From a virus (lineage: Duplodnaviria > Caudoviricetes), in the IMG/VR virus record IMGVR_UViG_3300041584_000032, positions 1 through 62,896 of that record: 62,896 nt of DNA; one strand, 5' to 3'. The notes below the pieces were generated by a model, which saw only the letters and a list, made by a program, of their open reading frames with translations, did not search any database and had not been told where the DNA came from. The position numbers and the translations under genes were made by a program. Below are positions 19,501-28,700 of the stretch, in pieces. Numbering within the stretch: the stretch's first letter is position 1; every line of letters starts with the position of its first letter.

Positions 19501-20967
19501 TTCGTTTCTCACTGTAGTTGGTAAACTCGTAATCCTTTCTAATCCATCTCCAATTATTTTTTTATTTTCAGTAATTAATCGGTCAATCCTGCTTGATAAT
19601 AGTCTCTTGTCTGAATCCGTTAAATTTGGATTTGACAATTCAACAGAAAGTTTGTCTATTTGACTATTTATGGATTTTGCTTTTTTGTAGTCAGAAGCTT
19701 TTACAAATCCTTTGGCTCCATAAACAGCAACGGTATTTACTCCCCCCATTCCTACTGAGGAAATTCCCGCATTAACTACTGACCTAAAATCAAGTTCATC
19801 TCTTATACCTGAAGCCATGTCGGTTACTTGGTTCCCAAATTCAACAACACTTTCTTCTAAAATTTCTCCAAAAAGAGCAGTTATTGGGTTTTTTTCAATA
19901 GTTTTTTCAATAGAACTTCTAAAAGACTTGCTAATAATTTTTGAACCTTCTTTTGCGCCCTTATCCGCAATTATTCTTTTAACTACAGCTCCTGAAGCGC
20001 CAGTTAGTAATTGACCTGTATATGCTTCTATTGCTCCTGTAAAAGCTGCGTTTACAGTACGTGTACTAACATCCATTTCCGGATTGCTTTCTTTTAATTC
20101 AGCTGCTTTTGTTGAAGCAGTAGACAATCCAATGACAGCTAGACCACTTGCTGAACCTCCTGATAGAAATGCAGCAGCCATAATAGGTAGTGATTGAATT
20201 GTTGTCCCTGTAATTAATTTTGCAGCATTAATATAATTACCTTTTTCAATCGCTGTTAATGCATCGCCATCAATTGTATTATTATAAGCTTCTATTTCTT
20301 TATTGTTTTTGTCAATTTTTTCTTTTAGGATTTCTGAAGGAATATTTCTTAAGCCAAAAGTTTCAGCAAATCGTTCAGAACTATTTGGTTCAGCACCAAA
20401 CACTTCTATAAATGGATTTGTTAGAACCGCACTAACGTCATAAGCTAATGCCGGTAAATCATAAATAGACTTACTAACTGTTGTAATAGCTGTATCTAAA
20501 CCACCTCTAAGTGAATCATAAAATGTGTAATCCTCGCCTTTTTTCTTTGGTTGAATTTCCCAAGGTTTTATTTTATTTTTTTTGACTGCTTCTACAGGAG
20601 GTTTTACTGATTTATTAACAACATCAATGTTTTCTTTTATGGGCTTTCTAGCTGTACGTTGAGTATCCGAAAAACCATCTCCCGAAGATAATCCCGTAGG
20701 AACTGCTTCTTTCTGTTGAGGCAATTCTGAGTCCAATGAAAACTTTTTTTTTTGAACAGGTGTTGATATTCTTACGTCATTTACAAATTGACCAACAGGT
20801 TTTTTATTGGTAGCTTCATCTTTACCTGAAAGCCAAGTGTGCATTTTAGTTGCATACTCCTTCTCTTGAATTTTTGCTTTGAATTGGTCATAAGAAAATT
20901 CTACCCCGTAAGAGGAGTCATTTTCTTTTATCAAAGCATACAGGTTTTTTAAATATTTCTCGTCCAT
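13582..20967 (-). CDS. giant internal virion/ejection protein (2461 aa) with inserted zincin-like domain
   Basis: Last and largest of three genes after the tail module; NDLFRAVHDAFGHG...GEENAW motif. Confidence 0.7.
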   Translation of the reverse strand: MDEKYLKNLYALIKENDSSYGVEFSYDQFKAKIQEKEYATKMHTWLSGKDEATNKKPVGQFVNDVRISTPVQKKKFSLDSELPQQKEAVPTGLSSGDGFSDTQRTARKPIKENIDVVNKSVKPPVEAVKKNKIKPWEIQPKKKGEDYTFYDSLRGGLDTAITTVSKSIYDLPALAYDVSAVLTNPFIEVFGAEPNSSERFAETFGLRNIPSEILKEKIDKNNKEIEAYNNTIDGDALTAIEKGNYINAAKLITGTTIQSLPIMAAAFLSGGSASGLAVIGLSTASTKAAELKESNPEMDVSTRTVNAAFTGAIEAYTGQLLTGASGAVVKRIIADKGAKEGSKIISKSFRSSIEKTIEKNPITALFGEILEESVVEFGNQVTDMASGIRDELDFRSVVNAGISSVGMGGVNTVAVYGAKGFVKASDYKKAKSINSQIDKLSVELSNPNLTDSDKRLLSSRIDRLITENKKIIGDGLERITSLPTTVRNELVEINSIIDDLKIKALEVQDDPNLSEDTKRSLFAEIVQQAMDLMDRKNNIIEGSYIYGNFDKLSAPIKTKLKDEAGRILIEEAERNGETTFSFDDATISKKAAELYAIQLRETDNNEQTQSSITEEQSVRKAELEEAIAQPANSKGTVTIGETTLSREDAVAELQALSAEQVSPTKQKNPALQDVESTVKKLREIGESTGEIVFASLIPDKQFSELNIDGNGLNDIISEAYHADKAAGIETDITRAVESLFDKQIENEIEALRAAEQLELREAFPNFEEYLVDEKVDESKITNVEDKAKFDEIYEKYDKLITPLLETIQTENTQPITNTQNETTKQLRPEGTRDGGRRDKSRGATPLEGAPSVQGVNGPDTQLVAVAEAYAEANGIELKRQGEYVEVDEARAKKIAEAYIQMEDNAQDPTVKEAYQNLIKQTMAQYQALVDAGYKFWFMDLNIPSNLEYASSPYNASRDLRANKQMGVFPTTSGFGTSELDVSSNPLLEFTGIMWPLGGLDGEMRPVLANDLFRAVHDAFGHGLEGAGFRARGEENAWQAHVRLYTGSAIAAMTSETRGQNSWVNFGPFGEANRNANADDTVFADQKTGLMPEATWTEGRADDMQDDGDSNIQEEVSSKTQATIPSAPPAPLVAPPAPLVAPSGTQGLSEAELPGFDRMIVEVDGIVKKSKSRRVSAQKMVDNVMSYVMGSKVYENATDVQREALVRKIRKDFGLKERSAPSVGRILGTIKNVTKITMTEKTALKKQIKDLARGAKDAVRAFRLASNQLSKEIKELKKTGKITSTQAANVLRAFSKVNVFSETSVQRFTDYMTKVFKDADYASNVAIAKKTRASIKKLSKNDKKNANLRDLGAAFAAINPLLVEDIEAYNKMAQEIKTAIQGSSIKNPKVAFVDTVNIKDANKYVSAEIKRQEKILKDEKIAEIESLYGINASSFSEAEMTALLTKDEPMSDKNDEIVKEAIKEAFEVYKKRILSAIENGIDPMTGAKVTYSATEKKVILQFLEMDTDKMSSKVSIGAVDSLLNFLVNNSTAGMSAVYFSYMGEINAQEVAADGIFAITLKKYFSEGVGRVLAEQTTNLSLVFEKLFKGFTRGGDVQDSMGLTKLINKKAFAENNANSIIKDYVSRFYKNNIKPNGQKFNTAYNDTEREMSSFMMRNIIGDVEQMQTEFNRRKGLIEQSIEALAKGDAQEVEKGLLYQKLYAKILVNSTNIQDIKDNTDPINLEAIDAWSKIWESKFDRLADVALNVYNKVLKKGVNYSSPDKYTRMRSAPKEVDLEETESAFIFNTNGVLYNKNTGRLEDVTETANLPQNSNKKVLSYIDLSFDKNNASSLYDALVDIETAGPLRQVQAFLNSNSFSKIIPNTADANLLKGRIELYIRNIRNKSPYSNDELSNFMRGLNKVATLGVGQALAGVTQPIKQVIPAAVNTLINAGSLNLGKAYDPAFNIWLNNLGYSISNRGVESTADINSINSLIEQAADSKLGEAMKLIENANKKMLQLLLVNPDVAIARASWAAYYEQSLKKQGIDVKRLNYSTHIPNEKAANYAQRMVDRQQNVSDIALSGALFSSRETGKEAIVKLLMPFASFRMNQSSRVGADLSTLGYWNVSTREDKVIAARSLAGFAAEVFTFRTISAGISISMGYVVLEVMGRTESEEEEEKRINNIIKGQVTGGVIDFFSPVPMLDMFVQTGASGLLNTVNDAMGVSEEERLSIYGTRKQDFVKNLGMYGIALDRASQLHDLISLSVTGVYEDDFGNEKQISEDDQEALQLLIGPAIITNLGLGTAEFAGLVRGAVKTAKKKPVDYDEAARKEEKAAQSEIDDNRDIEILREMMENTRDSDVEAIIQQRIDRIDSETPEEKEERLEKSSEIKEQKLQLLGEYQNDTEMKRYDRASWEESFGENSDWFNTFNEEKLILRELERKKQDFRDEDFDYSADKKTKKIGGQRVFKRKTFAGPSNFNKDK
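17610..17625. repeat. 16-bp palindrome, copy 2
   Basis: Exact copy inside the 2461-aa CDS. Confidence 0.95.
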
Positions 20968-20979
20968 TTTTAGTGTGTT

Positions 20980-22746
20980 TTATCTAGGGGCTTGGTTTCT
21001 GTTTTCTTTTATAAAAGCAATAGCCCCCTTCTTTTGAATTGCCGCTTGTTCTTTACTTGCATCAGAGCTATAGGCGTAAGAATTTCCGTTTGGCGCATAT
21101 AGTACAACCTCGTCATAATATCCCCCCTTAGCAAAAGCTGACCATGACCCTTCCACTTTCTTATCTTCTTTAGAAACCTTTAATCCTGCATTTTCAAGTT
21201 TTTGTATTATAAATTTTGCTGACGGGACTTGGTCTGATCCACGAAACAAATCATCTGTTATGTCAACCTCAGTTTGTTTAGGCTTCTGTTCTGCTTCGTT
21301 TGTATAATTTTGTGTTGTATTTATGTTGAGTAAACCGTCTCCACCGTAATTTTTAGCTCGATTTACATTTACATCGCCTAAAAGTTGCACCATTGATCTT
21401 TCAATAAATTGTTTTTCACTTAATAGTGTGTTGTCATCTGCACGAAAGCTTATTGTTTTTGGCACTTTCTTGCCGTCTACTTCCTCAAAGTACTCTATAC
21501 CGTTTGGCGTTCTTTTTCCTCCCGTTATATCAGGGTTTAAGGCCATTATAGACTGAAAAGCAGCAGCGATTTCTGCAGGGTTTCCGCTATAAATTTTGCC
21601 AAGTCTCTGAATGTTTGCATCATCTTCTTTATTCTTATTGTCGGCATCTACTTTCGCTTGAGGTGGGTCATTTCTACTAAGCTGTCCTGTGCTAGTAATA
21701 TCAACCTTTCTGTCGTACTTAGCTCTTAATTGGTTACGAATAAATTCTTTTGCATTTTGTTTTTGATCATCTGAAGGTAAATAAACCTCTTGCCCGTTTG
21801 GCCCAATGCCTTTTAAAATAAGACTAGAGTCTTTTTTCGCTGCTGCAGGGTCATAGGTAAGAGAATAAGCCTTACCCTCTTTATTAGTAACAACTCTGTC
21901 AACAAGAATACTTGAAATACGAATATCCGAACCTCCAATAATTGAGTCTATAATACCATTTTCTGCGTTAAGAAATGAAAACAATACACCTCTTTCTTTT
22001 TCAGTATAGTTTCTTGTTGTTATGTCATCTATCGTGGTTACATTGCCCTGTGAGAACAAACCACTTTTTCTTATAATCCCCGACTGCTCTATTCCTAAAT
22101 TGTCTACAAAAGATTGCATAGGAGTGTTTATGTCTACCTTTTTTGTTCTGCCGTAAATTGCTGTATTAAGATTGTCAGCACTTTTTAAGTCCCCCGGGTT
22201 ATCACTCATGGTATAGACTCTTTTGCCGTCAACTATTTTCATTTCTTTTTTAGCCGACATTACTGTCCCGTTTGGTGTAATATACATTCCTGCCGTATTC
22301 CAATTTCCAAAGGACTCAACCTCTGCAAAATTCATTCTAACTAATTCAGATAATGTATCGTCATTCATTACTTCGGTAAACATTTCTTGGTACGCTTTGT
22401 TGGCGTTGAAAGCTAAGTTGGTTCCATCGTTTATGTTTTGCCTACGAATAGTGTATTCTTGTAAGCTTAATTCGCCTGATTTTAAAAGTCTGTCGTCAAT
22501 CTTTATTCTTTCTGATGCAGCAGCCGCATATCTTAATATTTCAGTTCTTGCGCCAATATTCTCTCCTTGAGGAGCTTGTGATAACTGCATTAAGGAATCA
22601 CGGGTAGCTTGGTCTATTGCTGACTTTTTCTCTTGACGAACCTTATTTGTTTCTGCGAGCATATCGCTCATATCCTGTCCAACTGATGCCCAATTTACTA
22701 GGGAATCAGCATCTCTTTCCGCGTAACCAAAGAATGTGCTTGCCAT
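20980..22746 (-). CDS. internal virion/ejection protein
   Basis: 588 aa, middle gene of a podovirus-style ejection trio. Confidence 0.6.
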   Translation of the reverse strand: MASTFFGYAERDADSLVNWASVGQDMSDMLAETNKVRQEKKSAIDQATRDSLMQLSQAPQGENIGARTEILRYAAAASERIKIDDRLLKSGELSLQEYTIRRQNINDGTNLAFNANKAYQEMFTEVMNDDTLSELVRMNFAEVESFGNWNTAGMYITPNGTVMSAKKEMKIVDGKRVYTMSDNPGDLKSADNLNTAIYGRTKKVDINTPMQSFVDNLGIEQSGIIRKSGLFSQGNVTTIDDITTRNYTEKERGVLFSFLNAENGIIDSIIGGSDIRISSILVDRVVTNKEGKAYSLTYDPAAAKKDSSLILKGIGPNGQEVYLPSDDQKQNAKEFIRNQLRAKYDRKVDITSTGQLSRNDPPQAKVDADNKNKEDDANIQRLGKIYSGNPAEIAAAFQSIMALNPDITGGKRTPNGIEYFEEVDGKKVPKTISFRADDNTLLSEKQFIERSMVQLLGDVNVNRAKNYGGDGLLNINTTQNYTNEAEQKPKQTEVDITDDLFRGSDQVPSAKFIIQKLENAGLKVSKEDKKVEGSWSAFAKGGYYDEVVLYAPNGNSYAYSSDASKEQAAIQKKGAIAFIKENRNQAPR

Positions 22747-22749
22747 TTT

Positions 22750-23532
22750 TTATCTTTTAGACTTTAAAATATTAAGCATAGACTCTCTCTGCTCAGCAGG
22801 TAATCCTGCTATAAATTCATCAAAAGCTTTAGGGCTCATATTTTGAACAGTCTCTAGGTCAAGATTAGTAAATCCTAAAGCAGCATCAGCACCCATGCTC
22901 CCTCCTCTTACGTTACCTATTTTTTGAAATTCGTCAGGAGTAAGACTTGAGCCTCCTAATTCACTTTGAGTTATACCTTTACCCATAAATAATGGAACCA
23001 TGTTTAATCCCTGTTGAGCAGTACTTACAACTGATTGGAAACCTTGATTGGTAGATGCAGTAGCAGCCTCCTGAAAGTCCCTAGCTGCAAGCTGTGCGCC
23101 TTCTGCCTCTCCAAGGTCTAATTGCACACCTATGTCCCTTAAACGTGAGTCTTCGGCTATCTGCTTGGCTTGTATGTCAAGTAGCTCTTGTCCCATTGCT
23201 GTTCTAATACCTGCTTGCGATTCGTTTTGAGCCATCTGAACCCTACCTGCCACAGCAGCAGCTCCTCTTTCACTTTCAACACCTGCATCAATAGCCTGTG
23301 CGCCTGCAGACAACATAGCATCTCTTTGTAACTCGAAAGGCTCTTTCATTATAGATAATTCATCTGTGAAATTTATCTCTAACTTTTTTTTAGCTTCAGC
23401 CAATGCCATTACAGCACTTGCTTCAGCTTCTCTTTGCTTTCTTCTTTGAGCACCTGCTTGCGTAAAGGACATTACTGATGACCCTGCTGATATGGCTAAG
23501 CCACCTATAGCTATTGCTGTTGCTACTCCCAT
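22750..23532 (-). CDS. small internal virion/ejection protein
   Basis: Ala/Gly-rich hydrophobic N-terminus, Gln/Ala helical body, T7 gp14-like position. Confidence 0.65.
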   Translation of the reverse strand: MGVATAIAIGGLAISAGSSVMSFTQAGAQRRKQREAEASAVMALAEAKKKLEINFTDELSIMKEPFELQRDAMLSAGAQAIDAGVESERGAAAVAGRVQMAQNESQAGIRTAMGQELLDIQAKQIAEDSRLRDIGVQLDLGEAEGAQLAARDFQEAATASTNQGFQSVVSTAQQGLNMVPLFMGKGITQSELGGSSLTPDEFQKIGNVRGGSMGADAALGFTNLDLETVQNMSPKAFDEFIAGLPAEQRESMLNILKSKR

Positions 23533-23533
23533 T

Positions 23534-23944
23534 TTATAGTAATTTTATCATTTCCTTAGTGTAAGATTCTCCTTCATTGTATCCAAGAGTTTTATATACT
23601 TCAATTAAACTTGCGTTTTTTATTAAAGCGTAAGCATATTTACTGCCTGAATTTTTACTTATATTAGTCAAAGATTCAATTAACATCTGAATTGCTTCTT
23701 TTCTTTTTCCTTTTACTCTGTATTCTTTGCTTGATACAATCCAATCGACCCAAGCAACTTTTGAATTTGTCATATAGATAAACCCTGCACATATCGGTAA
23801 AGATTTATCGTAAACTATTAAGCCTCCCTTACCATCGTCAGGAAGGAAATCTTTTTTAGGGGCTTCCCAACCCCAAGACTTCCACCAATCTAAAAGTATG
23901 TCTTGATAATCATTGTCGCAAAGTGGTCTAATAGTTAAGCTCAT
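23534..23944 (-). CDS. GNAT-fold acetyltransferase-like virion assembly protein
   Basis: IRPL...WIVSSKEYR...YKTLGY; T7 gp13-like position. Confidence 0.65.
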   Translation of the reverse strand: MSLTIRPLCDNDYQDILLDWWKSWGWEAPKKDFLPDDGKGGLIVYDKSLPICAGFIYMTNSKVAWVDWIVSSKEYRVKGKRKEAIQMLIESLTNISKNSGSKYAYALIKNASLIEVYKTLGYNEGESYTKEMIKLL

Positions 23945-23951
23945 GTAGATA

Positions 23952-23959
23952 CAAAGATA
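23952..23959 (-). promoter_or_regulatory. TAnnTTTG -7 promoter box
   Basis: TATCTTTG on the minus strand, 7 nt before ATG 23944. Confidence 0.5.
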
Positions 23960-23965
23960 TTGAAT

Positions 23966-24781
23966 TTAAGGGAAACTTTTCATTACATTAGTTTCAATTG
24001 TAAATAGCTCTATTTTACTGTTTAAACTGTTCTGAAGATTTATCACACAGTAGTGTCCTAAAACTCCATGAGATTCAGCAACCGAGTTCTTTATGAAGAA
24101 GAAAAAGTTTATATCGTCCGGTATCGGAGTAGTTTGAGGGATTATGATGTTATTATTTACCACCAACCTATTTATACCATTTGGATAGTCAACTATTATG
24201 TCTAAAACAATTCCTCCAAAGTTTGATTGGGAGTTGCCAAAATAAACGTAATCTCCTATGCTTAGTATTGAGCCAAGAGAAACTAAAGGGCTAATGCTAA
24301 AGTTTATTTCAGCAGCACTTGTGCCTGCGCCTGTTACACTTAAGCTGTTGCCTATCCCGTTTGCGCTTCTTAATGATAGTTCGCCTATGGAATTGTTTCT
24401 TATAAACGCAAAAAATGTAGCTTCTTTTTTCTCAAACCAATCATTATCTATAAATCCTGACACCTGTATGTCTGTCTCTAATTGTACAGACCATGGTGCA
24501 TCTCCCTTTATTAAAATCGTCTTAAATAATTTGTTCTCAAGAACTGCCTCGTTGAACACAGTTTGCAATGTAGTTGGTTGAAACGCCTGTAGTGGCTCTC
24601 CGACTTTAACCCACCATGGTTTGTAAAAAGTGTTTCTTTCTTCGCTTGTGTTGTGGCGATATAAATCCCCACCTTTGAATGTGTAGAAGTAATTGTTCAT
24701 TCCAATCATCCAATCAGGAAGATAAGAGTAGAATGAAACCCATCCTTTTACACCTTCGCTATATGATAAAGTATATTCCAT
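23966..24781 (-). CDS. tail structural protein
   Basis: TLSYSEGVKGWVSFYSYLPDWM resembles C-terminal parts of tail stabilisation proteins. Start chosen at MEYTL. Confidence 0.6.
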   Translation of the reverse strand: MEYTLSYSEGVKGWVSFYSYLPDWMIGMNNYFYTFKGGDLYRHNTSEERNTFYKPWWVKVGEPLQAFQPTTLQTVFNEAVLENKLFKTILIKGDAPWSVQLETDIQVSGFIDNDWFEKKEATFFAFIRNNSIGELSLRSANGIGNSLSVTGAGTSAAEINFSISPLVSLGSILSIGDYVYFGNSQSNFGGIVLDIIVDYPNGINRLVVNNNIIIPQTTPIPDDINFFFFIKNSVAESHGVLGHYCVINLQNSLNSKIELFTIETNVMKSFP

Positions 24782-24783
24782 AA

Positions 24784-25725
24784 TTAAATACAATCAGTTA
24801 TTGATACTACTATTCCGTTTAAAACTTCCAACGTTTTGTTTGGAGAGGCTACATTGTCTGTTAGATAATATCCATCAGCTAATGAAAACTGCCCATAAGC
24901 ATCAGCAAACACATAGTCGTATAACCCCACAAAGGTATCTGAAGCTAAATGGACTTTCGCAAAATAAAACGTCTGATTTATATCTTTCATGCAACCTATA
25001 TTGGGATTAGCTTGCATCTGAGAAGATGAAAATGAAGGTAGCAATGCAGGGCAGGATATATTAATATCCCATCCCGTGCTACTACAAGGCCCTAAAACTT
25101 GAATATTTATTATGTTTGGAGTGCCATTTAGCTTTGGTATTACCATAATTGAATCTCCCGGTGGATCTCCTAATGAAAGATCATTAGAGTCTATTGCTAT
25201 CGTTTGAGAGTTTCCTGTAAGATTAAAAGAAGTACCGTCATACAAATATTCATCTACAATTACTGAGCCTCCTGATGGATACCAAGATGCGCTACAACCT
25301 GATGTAGCATTTACGTTCCCTATAATTGTAAAGTTACCGGGAGTAGCGCTTTGATGCACGCCATCTACAGGAGAGCTTAATTTATTGTAAACTACAGAAT
25401 CATATATTGCACGGATACCGTCAGGCACACTTGAAGGGTCGAATCTTATTATTACTGCGCCCACATCTGATGAAGTGGAGCCTAAGCCTATTTCTAGTAA
25501 ATAAATACCTTCCCCACCTGAAACAGAGATTACTCCTCCACAAGGAGGTAGGCATTCTTCACAAATAGTGGCTTCTAATAGCACTCCTGATGATTGTTGC
25601 CTTACTATTGTTGAATCTGAATAAAACCCGTCAGGAGCTAAGTTAACAAGATTAAAATCTAAATATACAGATACAGCAGAAGCTAAGTCTGCTGCATCTA
25701 AATAGAATGTTAAATTTATTGCCAT
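24784..25725 (-). CDS. virion structural protein, Cys-rich
   Basis: Shares the APDGFYSD/SSNGFYSE-type module with the C-terminus of the 1625-aa protein. Confidence 0.6.
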   Translation of the reverse strand: MAINLTFYLDAADLASAVSVYLDFNLVNLAPDGFYSDSTIVRQQSSGVLLEATICEECLPPCGGVISVSGGEGIYLLEIGLGSTSSDVGAVIIRFDPSSVPDGIRAIYDSVVYNKLSSPVDGVHQSATPGNFTIIGNVNATSGCSASWYPSGGSVIVDEYLYDGTSFNLTGNSQTIAIDSNDLSLGDPPGDSIMVIPKLNGTPNIINIQVLGPCSSTGWDINISCPALLPSFSSSQMQANPNIGCMKDINQTFYFAKVHLASDTFVGLYDYVFADAYGQFSLADGYYLTDNVASPNKTLEVLNGIVVSITDCI

Positions 25726-25738
25726 AGTTATTTACTGA

Positions 25739-28700
25739 TTAAGGAGTTATGCATCCACAAGATACAAATAATATTATCACTTCTTCATTTGAAGATGTTG
25801 GTGCTCCAACACTGCAAATGTCTTGTGATTGATTAGAGCCTATTGATATTTCATTGTATATTCCATTTTCATCATAAAAACCTACGACTTGTGTGTTTGC
25901 TGAGTTATTACTTATTGAATAAGTATTGTAAGAGCTAATGCATTGCTCATCACAAGCGCAACAAACATCAACGCTAGTTGTACCAAAACACAAAGATACT
26001 TCAACGCTACAAGGTTGACAAGGTTGTTGAGGCAGCAGTATTCCGTCTATCAGCTCTCGTACTATTCCATTTTCAGAATAGAACCCATTTGATGATACTT
26101 GAGTCAAATTATTGTCATCAAATATACTTGTAGCTGTTGTAAATGAAGAGTTTAAGTAATAATCTCCAATCTGACAATTACAACAAGTGTCTATTCGTGT
26201 ATCTCCAAAACAAAGGCTTGTTAATACAGAATCTCTTAAATCCCAAATTAAATAAAGGAACTCGCCATCTGCATTTGGAGGCACTATAAAATCTGCATAG
26301 TAAGAAGGAGCCAAACCTAGATTAGGCGATGCTTGCAAGGAAACAAGCAGTAAAGCTTGAATGTCAAGGTCTGTATTATTAAACAGAGTTGTTCCCCTAA
26401 AATACCTGAACTTGTCTACAAGAGGGTCAAACACAAAGTTATCAGGGGATATTAGGTTTGTTGACAACCTCATTGTGCTTGACTCAGGAGGGAAGCCACC
26501 TGATCCAACAAATCCTGATACAGTATTATACCTCGATACAAGAGGTATTGTAACGCCTGTCTCAAAAAGAACTAGATTAGAGAATAAAGGCCCTACGAAA
26601 GCTCCGTCATTGTATCTATATTGAGTGTGTATTGTTTCTCCTGCTTGGTAGTTATTTGTTAAAACAACCTCTACTATAGTCATAGGAGGAGAGTCCACAC
26701 ACCCCACAACAATAGAGATTTCCATGTCTCCACTATACTGTATAGTTATTGCAGCAAAATCAATAGACACGTTGTCTTTATCAAAAGACAAATTACCACC
26801 CAAGCCTGTAAAGCCTGAATCTGTGTTTACGCCATTGTATAGAACAGAAATGTTAACTTCTGCTCCGGGTTCTAAAGATAAAAACATCCAATTTATACCT
26901 GTCAGACCTACTACAGCACCAAGGTTTACGCAATACGTAAATGACTTTAAATCTTCGTTATTTGTAGAAAGTGTAAATGTTTGAGATATTCCGCAATTTA
27001 TACACTGAGAGTTGTCAGGTAAAGACTCTTTGTTTATAGACAAAACATACTCATTCATGTAAGGGTCAAAGCCACCTAGTTTTTGAGAGTTTATAGTTTC
27101 ATTGAATGAATCTCTAAAGAACGTTCTCATATTTGGCTGAGAGATTACCTGCAATTCTTGGTTTCCTGTTTCTCCACCTTTTAGTTGAATCACAACGCCA
27201 CGCTTTGCATCTGTAAAAAATCGGTCTGAACCCCATTGAACATAGCTCTCAGGATTAAAGCTAATACCATACTTCTCAGGACGAGCTATTTGTGTTCCCA
27301 AAACTTCAGGAGTAGCTGTTATTACACCTCCTGCACTTGAATCAGATAGTAAATTTTTACCTGACAAAACATAAGATATTTTGTCCTCTTGAAGAACAAG
27401 GATGTCTGTGCTTCTTCCATCTAATAAGGATATAGGGCCAAAAGATATTTCGCAATGCTTAAAGTTCAATAAACCTGAGTTAAATTGGTTTAGCCTATTT
27501 ATGTTAGACTCGCCATTGTATATACCACTATATGTGATGTCAGAGAACCTGTGCGCTTCTTTATAGTCTTGTTCAGCAACAGCAGTTACCCTTTCTCCAA
27601 AAGTAAATGACCTACCAACAATTGAGTCTCTTATTTTATAGCTCTCTACTCCATTACCAAATGAGTAGCAGTTAAAAAATCCTGTATCTACTATGGCAGG
27701 CTCTCCATTTATTATATCTTGGTTTTGGACATTACCTCCATGATTCCCCTCGCTGTCTATAGGAAAAGATAGTTCATTTTCAAAAAACACATCAGGCAAA
27801 GCATCTAATGGTTCCGTCTCAAGAACAACTAAGCTATCTGCTCTAAAAACAGTAATAGTCGCAGTTACGTAAATGCTTCTTGAGTATTTAAAGTTACCTC
27901 CTGTACAACTGTTTGTGGTTGTAAGTCTAAGTGAGAGTGCGTTTGTGTTTAAATCCCTGAAAAAACTAAAATAAATATTACTAGGCTCAGGAGCAGGAGT
28001 AGCATCAAGTCCGGGGACAAACACATTTACCTGATTACCACCTTTATCTATACCTGTATTTATAGTTAGTTTAATATTGTCTCCTACAAACCAATCATAC
28101 ATATTTTCATATTCGGCAGTAGATATATAAGTTTTTTCTAGTAAATACCCTCTTTTTTCACAAAATTTCTTGCCTGTTCCTGCTCTGTTCCAATCAATAC
28201 TTAGCTGTATTCTGCTTCCTGCAGGCACAGTATAATCTATAAACATCCCGGGGTCTAATGGGTCAGGAACATTCATAGGGTAAAATAATATAGTAGACTG
28301 CCCCCTTGACCCAACTCTTCTTCTTTGACCGGGAGCTATAATAGAGTTTTCTTCTCTTGTTAAATTAAAATTGTTTGGGTTTAATTTTATGTATAGTCCT
28401 GCAGGTATATCTAAATAAGTAGTCGGAGCTCCCTCTAGTGGTATTTCAATAAAGTTTGACGGCTGAGATACTTTTTCAAGAACTGTAGTTCGTACACAAT
28501 TTAAAGTAGGGCCTTGACTATCTGATTTTACAATTAGTCTATCGCCTTCTTCAACTTTCCTCATGTTCTCTCCTTCAAGAAAAAGCCAAGCCTCGTTTGT
28601 TTCAGGATTTATAAAAAATAAATTGCTGTAAATGGTTTCGTATCGCTCTTCGTCAGGTTTTATTACAAATCGGTATCTTTTTGCCCATCTTGGAGCTCTT